Part shown: piece after piece, positions 24,623 to 38,669 of the stretch
Position numbering within the stretch: position 1 is the stretch's first letter
Layout of the letters: each line of letters begins with the position of its first letter
Source: Lama glama
Lineage: Eukaryota
Direction: 5' to 3'
Length of the DNA: 64,000 nt
Assembly: GCA_028534125.1 (NCBI GenBank)
Contig: CM052816.1
Location: 22,570,001 to 22,634,000, forward strand
The notes under the pieces: generated by a model
Seen by the model: the letters and a program-made list of their open reading frames with translations, nothing else
Told to the model about the DNA's origin: nothing
Databases searched by the model: none
Program-made: the position numbers and the translations under genes

Positions 24623-24927
24623 CTTAAGTGAAAAAACAAAAATGCCATCTTGAGTCAATTAAAACTGGAATGCTGTAAAAATGAAAGAAATTATCAAGGC
24701 ACATGATTTTGAAAAAGAGAAAGTTCACTTTATAGCATATATAGATTTTTTTTTTTTGGCATTTTAACTTCAAGGGATATGGCCCTAATTTAGGTCTGAA
24801 AGGTCTTGTGAAAGCAGCAGCAACAATCTTCCACCTGGGTAAGTAAACACGCCAGGGAGCCACCATTCGTCTCCACAGTAAATGGACATGAAAGAACTAA
24901 ATGAACATTTTAAAAAAAAGAGCTTGC

Positions 24928-25074
24928 CATATTCAGCAAATCTCTCCAGAGCCTTACAGATGGATTGAAATAAAGCATTATCCAGATTCATTTCATGCAT
25001 TAACCAATATGAAATAATTAAACAGCAAAAACTCCAGGAAGCCAAAAAGGTCATTGTGAAAAGATCTTTAAAAA
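24928..25074 (-). pseudogene. Exon 16 (147 nt; one inferred frameshift; GC donor)
   Basis: attttcccttcag | FLKIFSQ*PFWLPGVFAV*LFHIG / MHEMNLDNALFQSICKALERFAEY | gcaagc. Confidence 0.7.
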
Positions 25075-25499
25075 CTGAAGGGAAAATATTTGATAGTGGA
25101 GAAAGGAATTAACCACAGAGAACATTAGGTTTGAGTACTGGAAGAGAAGCTTTCAGATAGCCAGGTGAGTCTGTCCTGTTCCAGAAGCACCGAGGGGAGC
25201 AAACATCTTATCCTAGATGGCAGCAGCACAGCCACGCTGCAGCACTGCACAGTCTGAGCAAGTACAAATGGAAACAGAAAGAAGTAGAGCTGTGAACATA
25301 AACTTTCAGGATGAACATCCTGTGCTCAAAAACCGACCTCTGAGGAATTACTAGTATGAGAGAGAAATTCTTCCAAAGATCATATTAGCTCTGATGAGAG
25401 TGACCAATTGTGATGTACACAAAATTAGGGTGCAACCTGGCTCACAGCAATGCCAGCACTACCATATCTGTACTCTATCACTACCCTCCTGGCTATATC

Positions 25500-25810
25500 T
25501 GATAGATAGAGAGGTCAGACAGTAGAAAATAACCCTAGATGAGCCAGTGTCTTTCTCCTGAGAATGTGGAGTTGGAACAGAAAGACATGGGGGACACATA
25601 CTGAGTCACGACAAGGGAAGCACTCTAAAAGAAGCTCTGTGAAGGCCAGTTACTGAGTCCCAGGCCCACCTGCCATTCCTACCTCAGAAGCATGATTGTT
25701 AGCTTCTCTGCATTGTGTGTAGCTCCCTCCAATAACTCCATTTTCTGCCTGAGTTACCCAGAGTCATTTTCTTTCTGCTGGCTGCAATAAAATAAACCTT
25801 GCCTAATATA
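25500..25810 (+). mobile_element. MaLR (MLT1-like) LTR fragment
   Basis: 3' end ttctttctgctggctgcaataaaataaaccttgcctaatata. Confidence 0.45.
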
Positions 25811-28800
25811 TCTGTCCAGTGTAAAATGTCACAGAATGATGTGAGATGTGAATGAGTTTGAGCCACATAAAAGGAACAAGCAAATGATGCTGAACAAAAT
25901 GCTCCCCATTCAATACAAAGTACCAAACATAATCAGAAAACAGGTATTAGTCTCATCCACTCCTAATCAGGAGATGGTCAGTAACGGACCAGTTGAAATG
26001 TAGAAGACATACTACTCACGGTTTTTTTTTTGGTATGTGCACTTAAATGAATAGTTTACATATTTTATGTATGTTATTCCATAGTGTGTGTCTAGTTCTC
26101 CTGGAAGGGTTAACCAAATTAATCCTTTAATGGCTAGAGAGCCCAGACCTTACAACATGATGCCTAAAAAAGACATTGCTATCTGTAGTTTCTATAGTTA
26201 TGCAGGTAAAATATATGTATGGTAAATCAGGTAAGTTCAAACAATAAAGATTGCAGCAGGGCTGGTGGGGCAGGGAGAACCACAATAAAACGAGCTGTGC
26301 CTAAATTTTGAAGCAATCTGGGCAGACAATGCTTATCTTTAAGACAAATGATATGGAGAACCCAAGAGGGGCAGTGCTTTAGTTGATATATATTTCCAAA
26401 GTGGCTCTCTTGGACATGTGCACCACTTCAGTGTGTATTATATTAGCAAGATACATTTTATAGGATGACTAAGTTTTGAAAGTAAGTTGTAAGTATATCA
26501 ACCATCCCGTGCAATTGTGCTTTCTCACAAATTATATGGGAAAGCTGACTGTTTCACTGCAATGCACAGGATAAAACTGTAATCAGATACCTGGAATTCA
26601 CTGAAAGAGTAGCATCAGTATCAGTAGCATGAAGCTGGAGATCAACAAAATTCATATTTAAGAAACTTATGGGTTTATTCTTTTATTAGACCCTTCCTGT
26701 ATTTGTTTTTAAGTGACCTTTTCAATACAATTGCTGGTGATACATGAGGCTTGCCACCCCTCTACGGTTTATAATTTGTAACCTAATTAAAAGTAATTGT
26801 CTTGTGTTCTAACTTCATTTAACACATATTCTGAATTATTGACATTGCTGAAGTATACTTATTGTTCACTTGGTGGAACTTAATTAAGTGTGTTCTATTA
26901 TGATAAAGGCTTAATACATAATGATTTTTAATATCTTTGATAGGACAAGAAAGGAACAGAAAAGATCTGTAATTGCTTAATTCTACCAAAATGAAGATAT
27001 TACATTTTGTTTATTGCTTAAATTTTACTTCTTGCAAAAATGAGGAATTAGAAAATGATTTTTACTTTGCTAATATTTAGTGAAATTAATATTTTATTTT
27101 AGAAACCCCACATAATATTATAGAACAACATCACCAAACCATATTTCTGAAAGTCCAGACGGTGTAATACTGTGTGAAATGTGGGATGTGATGGGTATAT
27201 TGTTTAGTTTTTGAACTCATCAATGGGAATGCATTTGATAATAGGCATAGCTACTGTTCAAAGATAAGTGGAGAAAGTCAAAAACAAAGTCCTATTGATT
27301 CTTTTCTTCTGAGATTTTAAAATAAAAAAGTAGAAACACAGATGGGGCACTAATGTGCTCTTTTATACCCAAAGATAAAATGGTTATTATTCATGACATT
27401 TTAACAAACAAAACAGAAATTTAACAGTTCACATAATAACAACACACTGAGATTTTTCAAAGGAGTTTCACATACATCAGCTCCCGTTTGATAATAAATA
27501 AACTATGAACTACAGCAAGTAGTATTCCCAATTTAAAGAGAAATTTGAGGTTTAAATTGTTTCATGTTCCTGCCCAAGACTCTTCACAGCTGGGATTTGT
27601 ACTTTAGTTTTCTGGTTCAAAATTCTGGGTTTTTCCCCTCCATAATGTTACAATCGAACATATAATGTTGCCACTGCTCAAAACATTTTTTTGAGCTATC
27701 TTTTTGAAATTCCCTTCAGAAGCAATTTATGAGTCATGAAAGCAAGCTAACTTACTACTATGTACCAAATATCTGAGATTTTTGTGAGTAGTAACTATTT
27801 TTCATTTCTAAAAAGCCTTGAGATTATAGAGATGGGTAAATTATTGATGACAAAAATTCCAGTCATAGAGAAAGGCAGCTCATTCTTTTCATCCAGACAT
27901 CCAGTCATTAATTCAGTTAGTATTTATTATTTTGCCTAATGTATACAAAATATTGCATACAGAGGTGACGCTTGGTAGTGAAGGACAAAAAAATTATCAA
28001 AGTTTACAGTGAGTGCAATGGTAGATAGGAAGAAAAAAATAAATTACAATAAAATGTGATAAGTAATCTGACAGAGATAACACTGTTCCTAGTAGATAAT
28101 ATTGGAAGTGATTTTAAACTACGGAAAGAACGATGGTGCCATCATCCCAGCCATATCAAGGACAACAAGTGTAGGGTATCTAAGCACAGAGACCCTGAAG
28201 TTACACTCTGTGGACTTCAATATGTTGGTTCTTAGCTGGATGATTTTGGAGTTTGTAGAAGCTGATTAATTTTACAAAACCTTAGTGTTTTCTCATCAAA
28301 AAGGATCTACCTCAAAAGAATAATGAGGAGGAGAATGCTCTGAGAGGAGATCAAGACATTCAGAGGATTCCAAAAACTTCTCTCTGTGGGAAGTGAGGAA
28401 GACCCAGAGCATAGAGTTGCCTAGTCCTCCAGCCATCCTAGAGCATCATCACTTAGCCAACAACAGGTGGGAATGGAGGTTCTGTTCTCTGTTACAAAGT
28501 ATCACAGAGGAATGAGGACAAGAAAAAAGGGGGAAAAAACCAAACCCAAAAACTTGCAGATGTTTTGGAAATGTGGCAACTTCTAAGCTCCAAAGGATGC
28601 AAGAGATTTAAGGAAAAGTAGAATTAGGGGAACTCTTGCTATGTTTAATTGGGGTACCTCTGTTAATGTTCATTTCTGAGAGATCTAAATAAAGGTTGGG
28701 TCTTGTGTTTAATTACATTTATTGGTTGGACTATGCTTTTTTGAAGCTTACACTGTGTAAAAACTGAACCACTTTAGACCCAGGATTTATGTGGACTACA

Positions 28801-29569
28801 CAAGTTAGTGTAACATATGTTGATGTTCTAAAATGCTTAGCATAGTGCTTCACACAAAGTAAGCACTCAAAAAATTAGTGTCACTGTCATTATTCACAAT
28901 GTACAGTTTATAAACTTCTATTTTTATTGTTTATATGTCTAAACTAAATCTAATTTTAATTTAAAGAAACCTATAAAAGATGTACAGTAAAAGAAAGACC
29001 AAACTCAGTAATATTGGATATATTGAAGAGAAAAAGAGGTCAAAAGAAACTATTTGCACAAATACTAAGCTAAGCTACAACAGGGGGACATAAAACAAAG
29101 GTCTTTTCTTTCTGCAGCTAAGGCAAAAGAAACATTCAGAGGAACATAGCTCCAATTGTCTAGTAAAGCAGAATAAATATTTAGGAGAAAGAAGTTTAAA
29201 TGTGTTTAGCTGAATTTGAGTGCTGAAAGAAATTAGTCACAAGGATCTTTATATCAGAATGACCGACAACATAATGCATCATATCCTTGACAAAAGTTCT
29301 AATGCAAAAAGTGCAGAGATGGCTAACATATAGCTATTTATTGTCTCTCTTTTTGAAAGCTGAGAACATAATAGGTTTCTGCAAGGCAGTTCTACTGACA
29401 TGTGACTTCATGATGCTTTATTGTATCATTGAGATACAGCTTGGGAATAATTTGGCCATTGAGCTTAAACCAATGAATCAGAATCTCCAGAGGTAAGGCC
29501 CAGGATTACATACTTTAAAAGTTCCCAAAGTGACTCTAGCAATCAGACAGCATCAGGGAGACTGCTCGT

Positions 29570-29991
29570 TGCTCCCTGCAGATCCATTCCCTGCTTTGTC
29601 CTTATAGGAACAGAACACTTGATTTCTGCTGCCTCCTGCCTACCCAAAATAAGAATTAATTTCCCAGCCTCTTCTGTTGGGTGTTGCCATGTGACTATGT
29701 TTTAACAGAAACTGACCCCTTCTGGACTTGTCCTTAAAGTAGAGGCCATGCTAATTCTTTATCTTCCCCTCATCCTGCTGCTTGGCTGATGATACTCTGT
29801 CATTTACCATGAAGCTGGGACCCACAAACAGGGAAAGCTGAGAGTAACACTGGGCAGAGGCTGGTCTGTGGATGATTTCAGGGAGACTATACTAGCCGTA
29901 GACCACCCGCCTCCAGGCTATTGCTGTGAGAAAGAAATAAGCTTTCATCATGTTCCAGCCACTATTATTTGGCTAGTCATTAATTAATACA
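29570..29991 (+). mobile_element. MaLR MLT1 LTR (preceded by a MER5-like fragment at about 29470-29565)
   Basis: ttcccagcctc...gccatgtgactatgtt...gaaagaaataaagcttt...taataca. Confidence 0.7.
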
Positions 29992-30053
29992 GACTGCTGT
30001 CAGAGTCATTTTCTAAAATGATAACAAACTGAAAACAGATTATTAAATTTTAC

Positions 30054-30110
30054 CTTAATACTTTACAGGCAAATTTTAAATTGTGACGGTCTTGACTTCC
30101 AAGAACACTC
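30054..30110 (-). pseudogene. Exon 15 (57 nt)
   Basis: cctacttttcacattccag | ECSWKSRPSQFKICL*SIK | gtaaaa; phase 0->0. Confidence 0.65.
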
Positions 30111-31065
30111 CTGGAATGTGAAAGTAGGATCACACTAGTCACACAGAGGGTGCGTCTCTCTGGTCTGCCAGAGCAGGCAGTGGCCATTTTGTCTGAAGTC
30201 TATGCCAAGCCTTTAGAAAGAGGAATGTTAGGAATCATTCCTGACTTAGTGTTTTAAATACAGGAATATCTTCTTAACAGAAGGGTCTTATTGTCCATTT
30301 GAACCTTTGAGGTATATTTTTATGTGGTGTATTTTTGTGAAAGTGTCTTAAAAGGTTCAGATCAAGGTCAAAATTAGGCAATCTGACCCCAGACTATTTC
30401 TGTTGAACCAAGTTGAGTTCAAAGCCAAAATGCAATAAAGCTCAAGAGAAATTTCAAGTCATATTTGAGTAGTTTATCATTCAATAAAGAGTAGATTAAA
30501 ATTTAAAAATCAGCCTCTCTCTTTCTCTCCTAGAATAAACAATATTCCCGCAATTTATAAAGAAGAAAGTCAACACTTGTGGAACATACATAAAAGGAAA
30601 TTTGGAAAATCCTGCCTCATCAGCCTAGGAGACTTCTTAACTGTTTTTAGACTATTTTCCACTGAATATAAGGAAAATGGATGGATTTAATAAGAGAACA
30701 TGGTGTTTCAAAACGTGGCCATTCCATTCTGAAGAGGTAATTTATATTACATGTGGAGGGGGAAAAGTTGAGGTTATTCTTCAAAATTCTTCAAGTGATA
30801 AGAAATCTGAAATGCTTGCTTTTTCTACTACTTCTATGGAAAAAGAGAAATCCTAAATTAGAAATGGAAGTATTATTGGATGTTACCACTGTCATTTATT
30901 TTAGATATAAATGAGGGAGGCCAGAGAGCAGTGACAAATGAAGGCTTTAAGGTAGGTGACCTCGGTACATTCCTGACAAGCTCCAACTTTGATGACTCTG
31001 TGATTCATCAGAATGCATAAATTTTGATGTTTAAACTCAAAACAAATAAACAGAAGTAGTCTTAC

Positions 31066-31140
31066 AACATCACACCACCTATCAACAACCTGAATCTTGC
31101 ACGTGGGATGAACAGGGATCTGTTTAGCTTCTAAGCCTAT
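31066..31140 (-). pseudogene. Exon 14 (75 nt)
   Basis: cctcctacttttgtgaag | IGLEAKQIPVHPTCKIQVVDRWCDV | gtaaga; phase 0->0, no stops. Confidence 0.65.
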
Positions 31141-32045
31141 CTTCACAAAAGTAGGAGGTGAACACACACACAGAATTCTATACAACTTCTACAGAGATTA
31201 GGCCTCTCTAGCTTGGGGGAGACCAGGTGTACAACGCGCAACATTGAGCCTAGGAAGACTTCTGCACTCAAAATGAGACCCAAGTTAATTTTCAAGCTTC
31301 ATGGCAGTGCCTGCTTATTACTGTCTTTAGTCAGATGCCATCTAATATAGAAACCTGAGAACATTTTATGAACTGCTTTTTTTCTATGAATTTACAAGGA
31401 CTTAATGTCATCTCAGAGAGCAAAAAATTGTATGTGTTTTAGCTCATGTGTCTGAGGAAAGCACAGTCAATAACTCACTCAAGGATCTTGTCTTTTTCTT
31501 TTATACTAACATTCTAACTTTATGAATTCCCAAAAGCCTCACTTAACTGTTTTGGTTTAATTTTTTTGGCAGTCCAAGACAATTTGGGATTTTAAAACTA
31601 AAGAATCTATAATCAGAATGGCTATTAAATATTTAAATAGCTAGCAAATCAGGAGATAGGGAGGAGGTGAAATGGAAAAAAGAGTCCAGGTCCAGGGAAT
31701 TGGCCACATAAGTTCCCTACATTCAAGATAAAAACAAAACAGGAAGTGTGTTTGAAATTGACTCGAGTTTCAGAAAATGTGGAGATAGGTTTAGGGCAAT
31801 TCATTTAATATTTACTCAACAGGACAAGTCAAATAATGGTTTTCTGACTCAACTGTAATTTCATCATTAAAAATCATTTACCACTAATCCCACTACACAG
31901 AGCATTTATTTTTTCCCTGAAACACCATCAATAACTTGGGCATTAGCAGCCTGCACTGTGCAAAAAACAGTTTTGCAAACAGAACTCCTATCAAGTTGAA
32001 CCCAGGACTGTTGGAACGACTGGGGTTCACAAGAAACATACTCAC

Positions 32046-32259
32046 TATGCTTGACTTCATTGACTCATGTTATAGAGCAGCTGCCCAGCCGATTATTTCA
32101 TCTACTTCTCCAAAATCTGTTAATTATTTCTCATATTCACTTTCCATCTCTATTTTCTCGAGGTGTCCAACTTCAGCATTTTCAGGCTTAAAGTCTAGTA
32201 TTAACTATTTGTTGTAATCTCTTGCAAAAACAGTAAAGTTACTTCCAATGGTTTGATAA
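32046..32259 (-). pseudogene. Exon 13 (214 nt)
   Basis: ttcttctacttgcttctag | YQTIGSNFTVFARDYNK*LILDFKPENAEVGHLEKIEMESEYEK*LTDFGEVDEIIGWAAAL*HESMKSSI | gtgagt; phase 2->0. Confidence 0.75.
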
Positions 32260-33699
32260 CTAGAAGCAAGTAGAAGAATTACTTTACTATGCTGGGTCTG
32301 TAATGCCTAGACAAGACAGCGAAGCCAACTTGGCTTTTTGTTAGTGAAGAGTGTTACTTACAGCATGATCAGACGCAGTGCTTAGAACACTCACACAGGA
32401 CCCAGATAAACGGGATTCTAGGCTGATCCTGCCACTTCTTCATTATTTATTGGGAAAAAGCATCTAACCTCTTTGCACTTAAGCCTCTTCATCTTGAGAA
32501 ATAATTATTTATTGGAATAAGTATGTCCTAAAATTCTCTTATTATAAAATTCTACAGAATAAAAGTAGTTTATTAATGAATGAAAATGCTTATGTGTTTA
32601 TCAAATAGCTTAATTGATACTTTGTCAAGAAAACCAATCATAATACCCACACTAAAAGGACCACTTGGATGTTCACATGCTGTGGTGTGGAAGTCCTTTC
32701 CCACCTTCTCTGTGGGGCCTGCGGCTACACCCTGATCTCCTTCCACACTCTAATATCCACATGTTCTTGGACAGAGTTCTTGGACAGGGTCCTGGAAACT
32801 TCTTCTCTAAAAGAAGTATCTTGATAAATGTGCTTAAACTTCACAAGATCATAGCAGATGTCTAGCTTTCACAATAAATTATAAAAACGCAAGATTTTTC
32901 ATTATGAAAGTAATTTGGGAAAATTCTGAAAAATAGAAAAGTCGAAAGTGAAAATAGGTTCTTCACAGTTTTATGATCCACAGATTTGTTTCTTACTTTT
33001 GATTGTTTATCCCCTCACAATTTGGTAGATAGGAACAAATTGAGTTGTGATCATCTGGCATATTCAAAATGTTATAATGTTGATTATGAAACGTCAGGTT
33101 TTCTTATTATAAGAACAATATATATACATTGTACATGGTTCAGAAAATGAGAGGGAAATGCAAAGAAGAAAATAAAAACATCTAAAATCTTCTTTAAAAA
33201 GACAATTGTCTGGAGGAGTAGAGAAAGCTCTAGAAAAGGGACTTGTGAACACATTCAACCACTGGCCCCCTAATTCCATCTGTTGATTACAGGGAGGGGA
33301 AAGGAAATCATAACCATAACTGTGGGGTCACAGGTGAGGCAACTCAGCCACAAAGATCTATGGTCCATATGTTGTGGGACACTAACTCTGCTTAACTGTT
33401 TACTTTTTAAAAATCATGTCTCCCATTTATAATTAGGCCCTATCTCCTCTTTTGCACATCTGAATATTTGCAATTATGTTCAGTGTTGGGCATTCTTCTG
33501 CAAAAGAATAAAAACACAGAACACACACACATAAAGAAGACAGATATTGGACATACTGGCATGTTTTCTAACCATTGTGTCTATAAGCACATATTCTACA
33601 ATGTATATACTGTACTCCATAGACTGACCCAAGATGAGGCACTGGAACTGAAACTTCCAGAAGAGCTGCAATCTCAGTCCTGAACTAACATCTTTGCAG

Positions 33700-34180
33700 G
33701 TTCCAGGAAGATGATTTAAAGACAGTTCCTTGACTCATGGATAATGTCATCTCCCCAGTAGCTACATCAACACCTGTGTCGGCCCCTCAGACACCACTTG
33801 CCTCAGCAGTTCCATGACCATTCACACACTAGGTACTTCCCTAGAAGGACCCACAGATCGCAGCCTGTGGTTGTACTCATGGCTAAGATACAGTACAGCA
33901 ACATCGCACAGCTACACAGGCAGATCACTAGGGAATAAGGACATACGAGGCAGAGTCTGGAGGTTTCCCACGCTCTCCCCAAAGGGGCTCCCTCTCCAGC
34001 AGTGACATGCAGCTACACACCTGCAGTTTTTCTGCCCAAGGAAGCCTGTGTGAGACTCACATCCCACAGTTTTTAACTGGGGACTGGTCATGTAGGTGCT
34101 CACAGTCTAGCTGCAGCTACTAAAATCCTAGACTCCCAGGCTGAAAGATTGTGTTCACCAAACATTACAGCGTCTTGTCA
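33700..34180 (-). mobile_element. MER21-like LTR
   Basis: ggttgtactcatggctaagat...ggcagagtctggagg...ttttaactggggactggtcatgtagg. Confidence 0.65.
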
Positions 34181-34246
34181 TCTAAAACCAAAGCCAGCGT
34201 GATGCCAGCTCTGCCAGTCACTGGCTGCATGGCTTGATCTCTTTTA

Positions 34247-34393
34247 TTTAATTAATTAATTTATTTTAAAAAATTTTGTTGGGAGGGTGGGTAATTAGGT
34301 TTATTTATTTATTTTAATGGAGGTACTGGGGATTGAACCCAGGACCTCGTTCATGCTAGGCACACACCCTACCACTGAACTACACCCTCCTCA
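34247..34393 (-). mobile_element. tRNA-derived SINE (camelid vic-1-like), inserted in a MIR
   Basis: Minus strand A box tagttcagtgg, B box ggttcaatccc, AT-rich tail; TSD gcttgatctctttta / gcttaatctgtttta. Confidence 0.85.
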
Positions 34394-36221
34394 GCTTAAT
34401 CTGTTTTAGATGCAGTTTTCCTATCTAGTAATTGGGCAATATAATAAGGAATAGGGTTCTGAGATCCTAGTCCTCACAATGCACTTCACATAATGTCTGG
34501 CAAATTGCATTCTATGTAAGCTATTATTATTATCGAGTTCAGCAAAATTATATCAATGGTATTTTTAATAAATCCATGATATACTATATTTAATAGGAGC
34601 TTTAAAGATATTGAGAGCAGTATGAAAGCTTCTTGGTAACAAAAATGGGCATTAGGTTGATTTATGCAACTCTATGTCTGAAGGGTTTTCTCTGGAGAGT
34701 GTGTGGTACCTTCTTTAAAAAAGCTATTCCAATTATTTGAAGGGCATAAACATTATGAATAAGTTTTGAAAAAAGAACAACATGAGTTATTGATTTAAAT
34801 GATCCTCAGACTTTCAAGAGATTTCATGTGAACTGTAGTGTGGAAGTTCTTTTTCTCAGTACTGGAAAAGGAAAAGCAGAAGAGAAATGAGGTGACGAGT
34901 ACTGCAAGGTCAGACTGCATCCTGCACTCAGTGGTGTTTGTTCCTGAGCAAATATGCCTTCTACCTGTTCAGAGTTTAATGTGGCAGGTACCGCACTGAA
35001 TGATTTATGCCTTTATTTCATTTGTGCATTAGGTATCATTATCCCAATTGTACAGATGAGGAAACTATGACCCAGAAAATCTAACTAACATGCTCACGGT
35101 AGCCCTAGTAAGTGCAGGTCTAGGAATCCAAACTCAGGAAAGTCCGACTCAGAGCCAGAACTCTTTCCTCATTGTTGTTCTGCTTCTCTGGGACTACACA
35201 AGCTTTCCATGTCCGAAACCACCCAAACTAATTGTTCTTTCATGATGCCTTCACCTGACTCTAAATATTCAAACTGCTGGATACAGAGGAAAGCAGATTC
35301 ATATTAACCTAGGATTTAGGAATCATTTAGAGTTCATTTAATTATCATTCTCATTTTAATAAGCTTCCTCAAAATAATTCCATATGGAAGAGTTTTTTTT
35401 TTTTATTTAATGCCCATGCTTCAGCTAATGTCATGTAAAGATTTTATTAGAGATAATCTATTAGGAAGCAAATGTTTTCAATAAAGGGAATAAAAGACAA
35501 TAATGTATCTGGAAAACCAGAGAGACTATTTTATCCATACTTCCTTTCCAGAGAGGTATATTCTTCACATTATTCTTTCCAGAAAACCTGGCTTGATGCT
35601 ATATTCAAGGTGTACCATCCCCCCACCCCAGTCAAAAAGGAAAGAACGCAGGCAATTCAAAGTAGCGTGGTCGAAAGCCCCAGGAAACTTCAGTAAGCCA
35701 ATGCATTCCGTGACCAGATTTCTGGGTCTAAACAGGAAAAAGCACAAGATATAAAACCACCTTCCATTTTCAGGTTACTTGTATAATGCAGAGAAACATC
35801 ATTTTATTTGAAATACTGAAAAAAGAAAATTAAGGTTCAGCATGTAGGGTATAGAACAGCAGTAGCTGGAGAATCTACCTTCCAGAAATTAAAAATAGGA
35901 GCACAAAACATGCAGAGAAGTTGAGGCTTCATAAAACTGCAACAATGTATCTGGTCTGTGGCTTCAAGAAGCTGAAACAATTTCTGACTTAAGAGAAGTA
36001 TTGACATCTTTCTCCAGCTTTGTACTATCTATAGGAGTTCATAGGCACTAAAACACGTAAAATGTTCCAGAAGTTACTAGTTTTAAATTGAAGCATCCTA
36101 AGACGATCCAGGGGATTTTGGAATAACACTTAAAAGTAGTTGTGCATGATCAATGTTACACCACAGAAGAATTCTGGGGGAAAATCTCTAACACGATCCC
36201 CGCCTTAACTGTGGTGCTCAC

Positions 36222-36304
36222 TTTGAATTTCTCTTTGACCTGTCACCAAAGAGTAGCTCTTTCTAACTAGTGTGAGAGTACAGGCCTTAAGCAGAAATTC
36301 CAAC
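36222..36304 (-). pseudogene. Exon 12 (83 nt)
   Basis: tttttcattttcttgatctaagcag | VGISA*GLYSHTS*KELLFGDRSKRNS | gtgagc; phase 0->2. Confidence 0.7.
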
Positions 36305-36929
36305 CTGCTTAGATCAAGAAAATGAAAAACAGACAGAGATAAAAATAGAGATACAGGCATAGACACAGCTACTAGGCTCTTCATCACAATGGAAAATGAA
36401 GGACACCCTTCCTGTAATATTTCCCTTCAGAGGAAAGTGTCTTTAGCTTTAACTTTGAACTCCATAGAGCTGCTATCATCTTTTTTATTTTTTTAACCCA
36501 TGTCCAATAGTGAGAACTTTATAGTGTTAGGTAGCCAGTCCTTGTCAGAGGAATATAAAGGTTGAGACATAGAGAAAAACAGAGAAGCAAACCAGAGAAA
36601 CCTTCAAGTAAGAGCCAGGGGAGGGACAATCTCAGAAGCCTTAATGTCTTCCTCCTACCATGAACGGATCTGATGTTTCTTGGTGACCAGTCAGAGTGAC
36701 TGAAGTTCTGGGGAGTTCCAGATCTGTTATCCTGCCATAACTACTAACAGTGCCCCCTAAACTCTCAATGCCCCATTTCAGATATAGTGTCTCAACTATA
36801 GTGTTACCTTAGAAATGACTATAATTATATATAATATACCCAGAGGGAAAGAGGAATGTACAAACCCAACACTCTCATTTACAAGTCTTCTCTAAAAAAA
36901 AAAAAAATCAAAACCAGGTAGTGACTACC

Positions 36930-37187
36930 CTATGATAGAGGCCCTGGTAAGCCAATGGCATTTTAACTGTCTTCAACAAGAACTTCAGTAAGAACTGACT
37001 CTTGAAATTTGCCAAAAGGTTCTGGTTCCAGGTTATTATTTATTTGTCTTTTGAGTTTTGTTAGTCTAGTTCCTTCCAGATTATGGTAGCTGTAGAGCAC
37101 TGTAAGTAGGCTGTGCTGTCCAAAGTTATCATAAAGTGCATCCATGAAGTTTATTTAGTGCCCATCAAAGCTTCTCAGGTCAGTCTC
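36930..37187 (-). pseudogene. Exon 11 (258 nt)
   Basis: ctttaattgtcctttag | ETDLRSFDGH*INFMDALYDNFGQHSLLTVLYSYHNLEGTRLTKLKRQINNNLEPEPFGKFQESVLTEVLVEDS*NAIGLPGPLS* | ggtagt (degenerate donor); contains ORF 36963-37145. Confidence 0.7.
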
Positions 37188-37853
37188 CTAAAGGACAATT
37201 AAAGACTCGTTAGTGTGTTAGTGATTCAGAGAAAACAAATAAGATTTCGTTTTATCTGTTTCATCTTTTGAAGTTGGATATATCAGGATAAGTCAACATA
37301 TCAGGATTTAAAAAAATACCATAATTTTTATTATCATACTTTCCCAAGCTTTGAAGGAAAGTAAGTATTAGAGAATAAAAGGAAAAAAAAAACCCAGCAG
37401 ACTCCTTACAGCAGAATAATAAAAGTAGCCAAGATTTGCTGAGGGCTTATTAAAGGCCAAGAACTTTTCTAAGCAATTTATGCATTAAAACTCATCCTCA
37501 GAAGAACCCTATGAATTAAGCAACTAATTTCCCATATTTTTACAGATGGGTTAGCTGAAGCACTGAGTTCAAGTCACTTGCCCAAGTTCAAGTCATACAG
37601 CTACTGAGTGGCACAGTCAGGATTTTAATACAGATTTGAATTCAGAGCCTGTATCTCAACACCTTCAAATACTGCCTCTCTGGACTGTGACCACACACCT
37701 AATTCAGCACACATGTGGGTACCGGGATTGCCCGGACATGAAACAAGCACCGGTGTTTGCAAGCCACTACTCTGTGACCAAGCCTGCACTAAACACCAGG
37801 AAGCATACAAACAGAGTTTACCTTTCACCACTGCCTTCTTGGAAATTAGTGTA

Positions 37854-38102
37854 CACTGACCCGTGAAGGATGGAGGAGTTAGGGGCACTGACCCTCCGCA
37901 GAGCTGAAAATCTTTATATAACTTATACTTGGCCCTCTGTTTTGTGGTTCCTTCAAATCCGCAGTTCTGCTGTATCCATAGTTCTGCATTCACAGATTCA
38001 ACCAACCGAGACTCATGCAGGACTGTGGTATTTACTATAGAAAAAAAGCTGTGTATGAGTGGGCCCATGCAATTCAAACCCTTGTTGTTCAAGGGTCAAC
38101 TA
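37854..38102. mobile_element. Tigger2a-like MITE (TcMar-Tigger), followed by a MER5A-like element at about 38113-38315
   Basis: TIR-like ends cactgacccgtgaa / ttgttcaagggtcaacta, TA flanks. Confidence 0.8.
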
Positions 38103-38543
38103 TATACATAGTATAGTTGTTGCCAACTTGGCTGCACACTGAAATCACCTGGAGATTTAAAAGAAATGATGCAAGGTGGGAGGTGGCGGAGGGTGGTGGA
38201 AAGTCTTCATTTCCAGAGATTCTAATTTAGTTGATATGGGTGACAATCTGGGCATAAGAATTTCTGAAAACTACCCAGGTGATTCTACTGTGAAGCCACT
38301 GAGGCAAACCACTGATGGAGAGCAAGTATTAATTAACCCAGGTAGAAAAGTCGTTCCAAACATTTTTCTAAACTATCTAGCAGGTAAAATAGATCTGGGG
38401 ATTGTGCAACCAGTGAAGGCTGGAGTTGACAAAAAAGCTGTGTGGGAATTTCAAGAGGGCACAGAACAGAAATTCCTGAAGGCAGGAATTAGCTTGATCC
38501 TGGGCAGAGACAAGAGTGGGGCAAAGCATATGCCTTTCCCCTT

Positions 38544-38669
38544 ATTTATTTTATTATTTATTATTCATTTATTTTTATTACAGTATAGTCAGTTTACAAT
38601 ATTGCATCTATTTCTGGTGTACAGCAATGTTTTAGTCATACATGAACATTCATATATTCATTTTCATAT
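38544..38669 (-). mobile_element. Very short L1 3' terminus with TSD
   Basis: TSD tgcctttcccctt / tgcctttcctctt; AT tail plus L1 terminal sequence. Confidence 0.75.

Noticed and set aside
24793..24838. Plus-strand mini-exon ending GG|gtaagt
   Set aside because: Weak acceptor and no supporting neighbours.
24785..25054. ORF MTFLASWSFCCLIISYW... as a signal-peptide start of the gene
   Set aside because: Many more phase-compatible exons lie upstream; a frameshift inside exon 16 explains it better.
26400..27100. Repeat-poor AT-rich block with TAATTA motifs as a possible enhancer
   Set aside because: Such motifs are expected by chance at this AT content; conservation cannot be assessed here.
30534..30736. 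Plus-strand exon-like segment (ctttctctcctag ... GAG|gtaatt)
   Set aside because: Isolated, stops before the donor, no partner exons found.
34320..34390. tRNA-like sequence (also 54481-54555)
   Set aside because: SINE heads with AT tails and TSDs, not tRNA genes.
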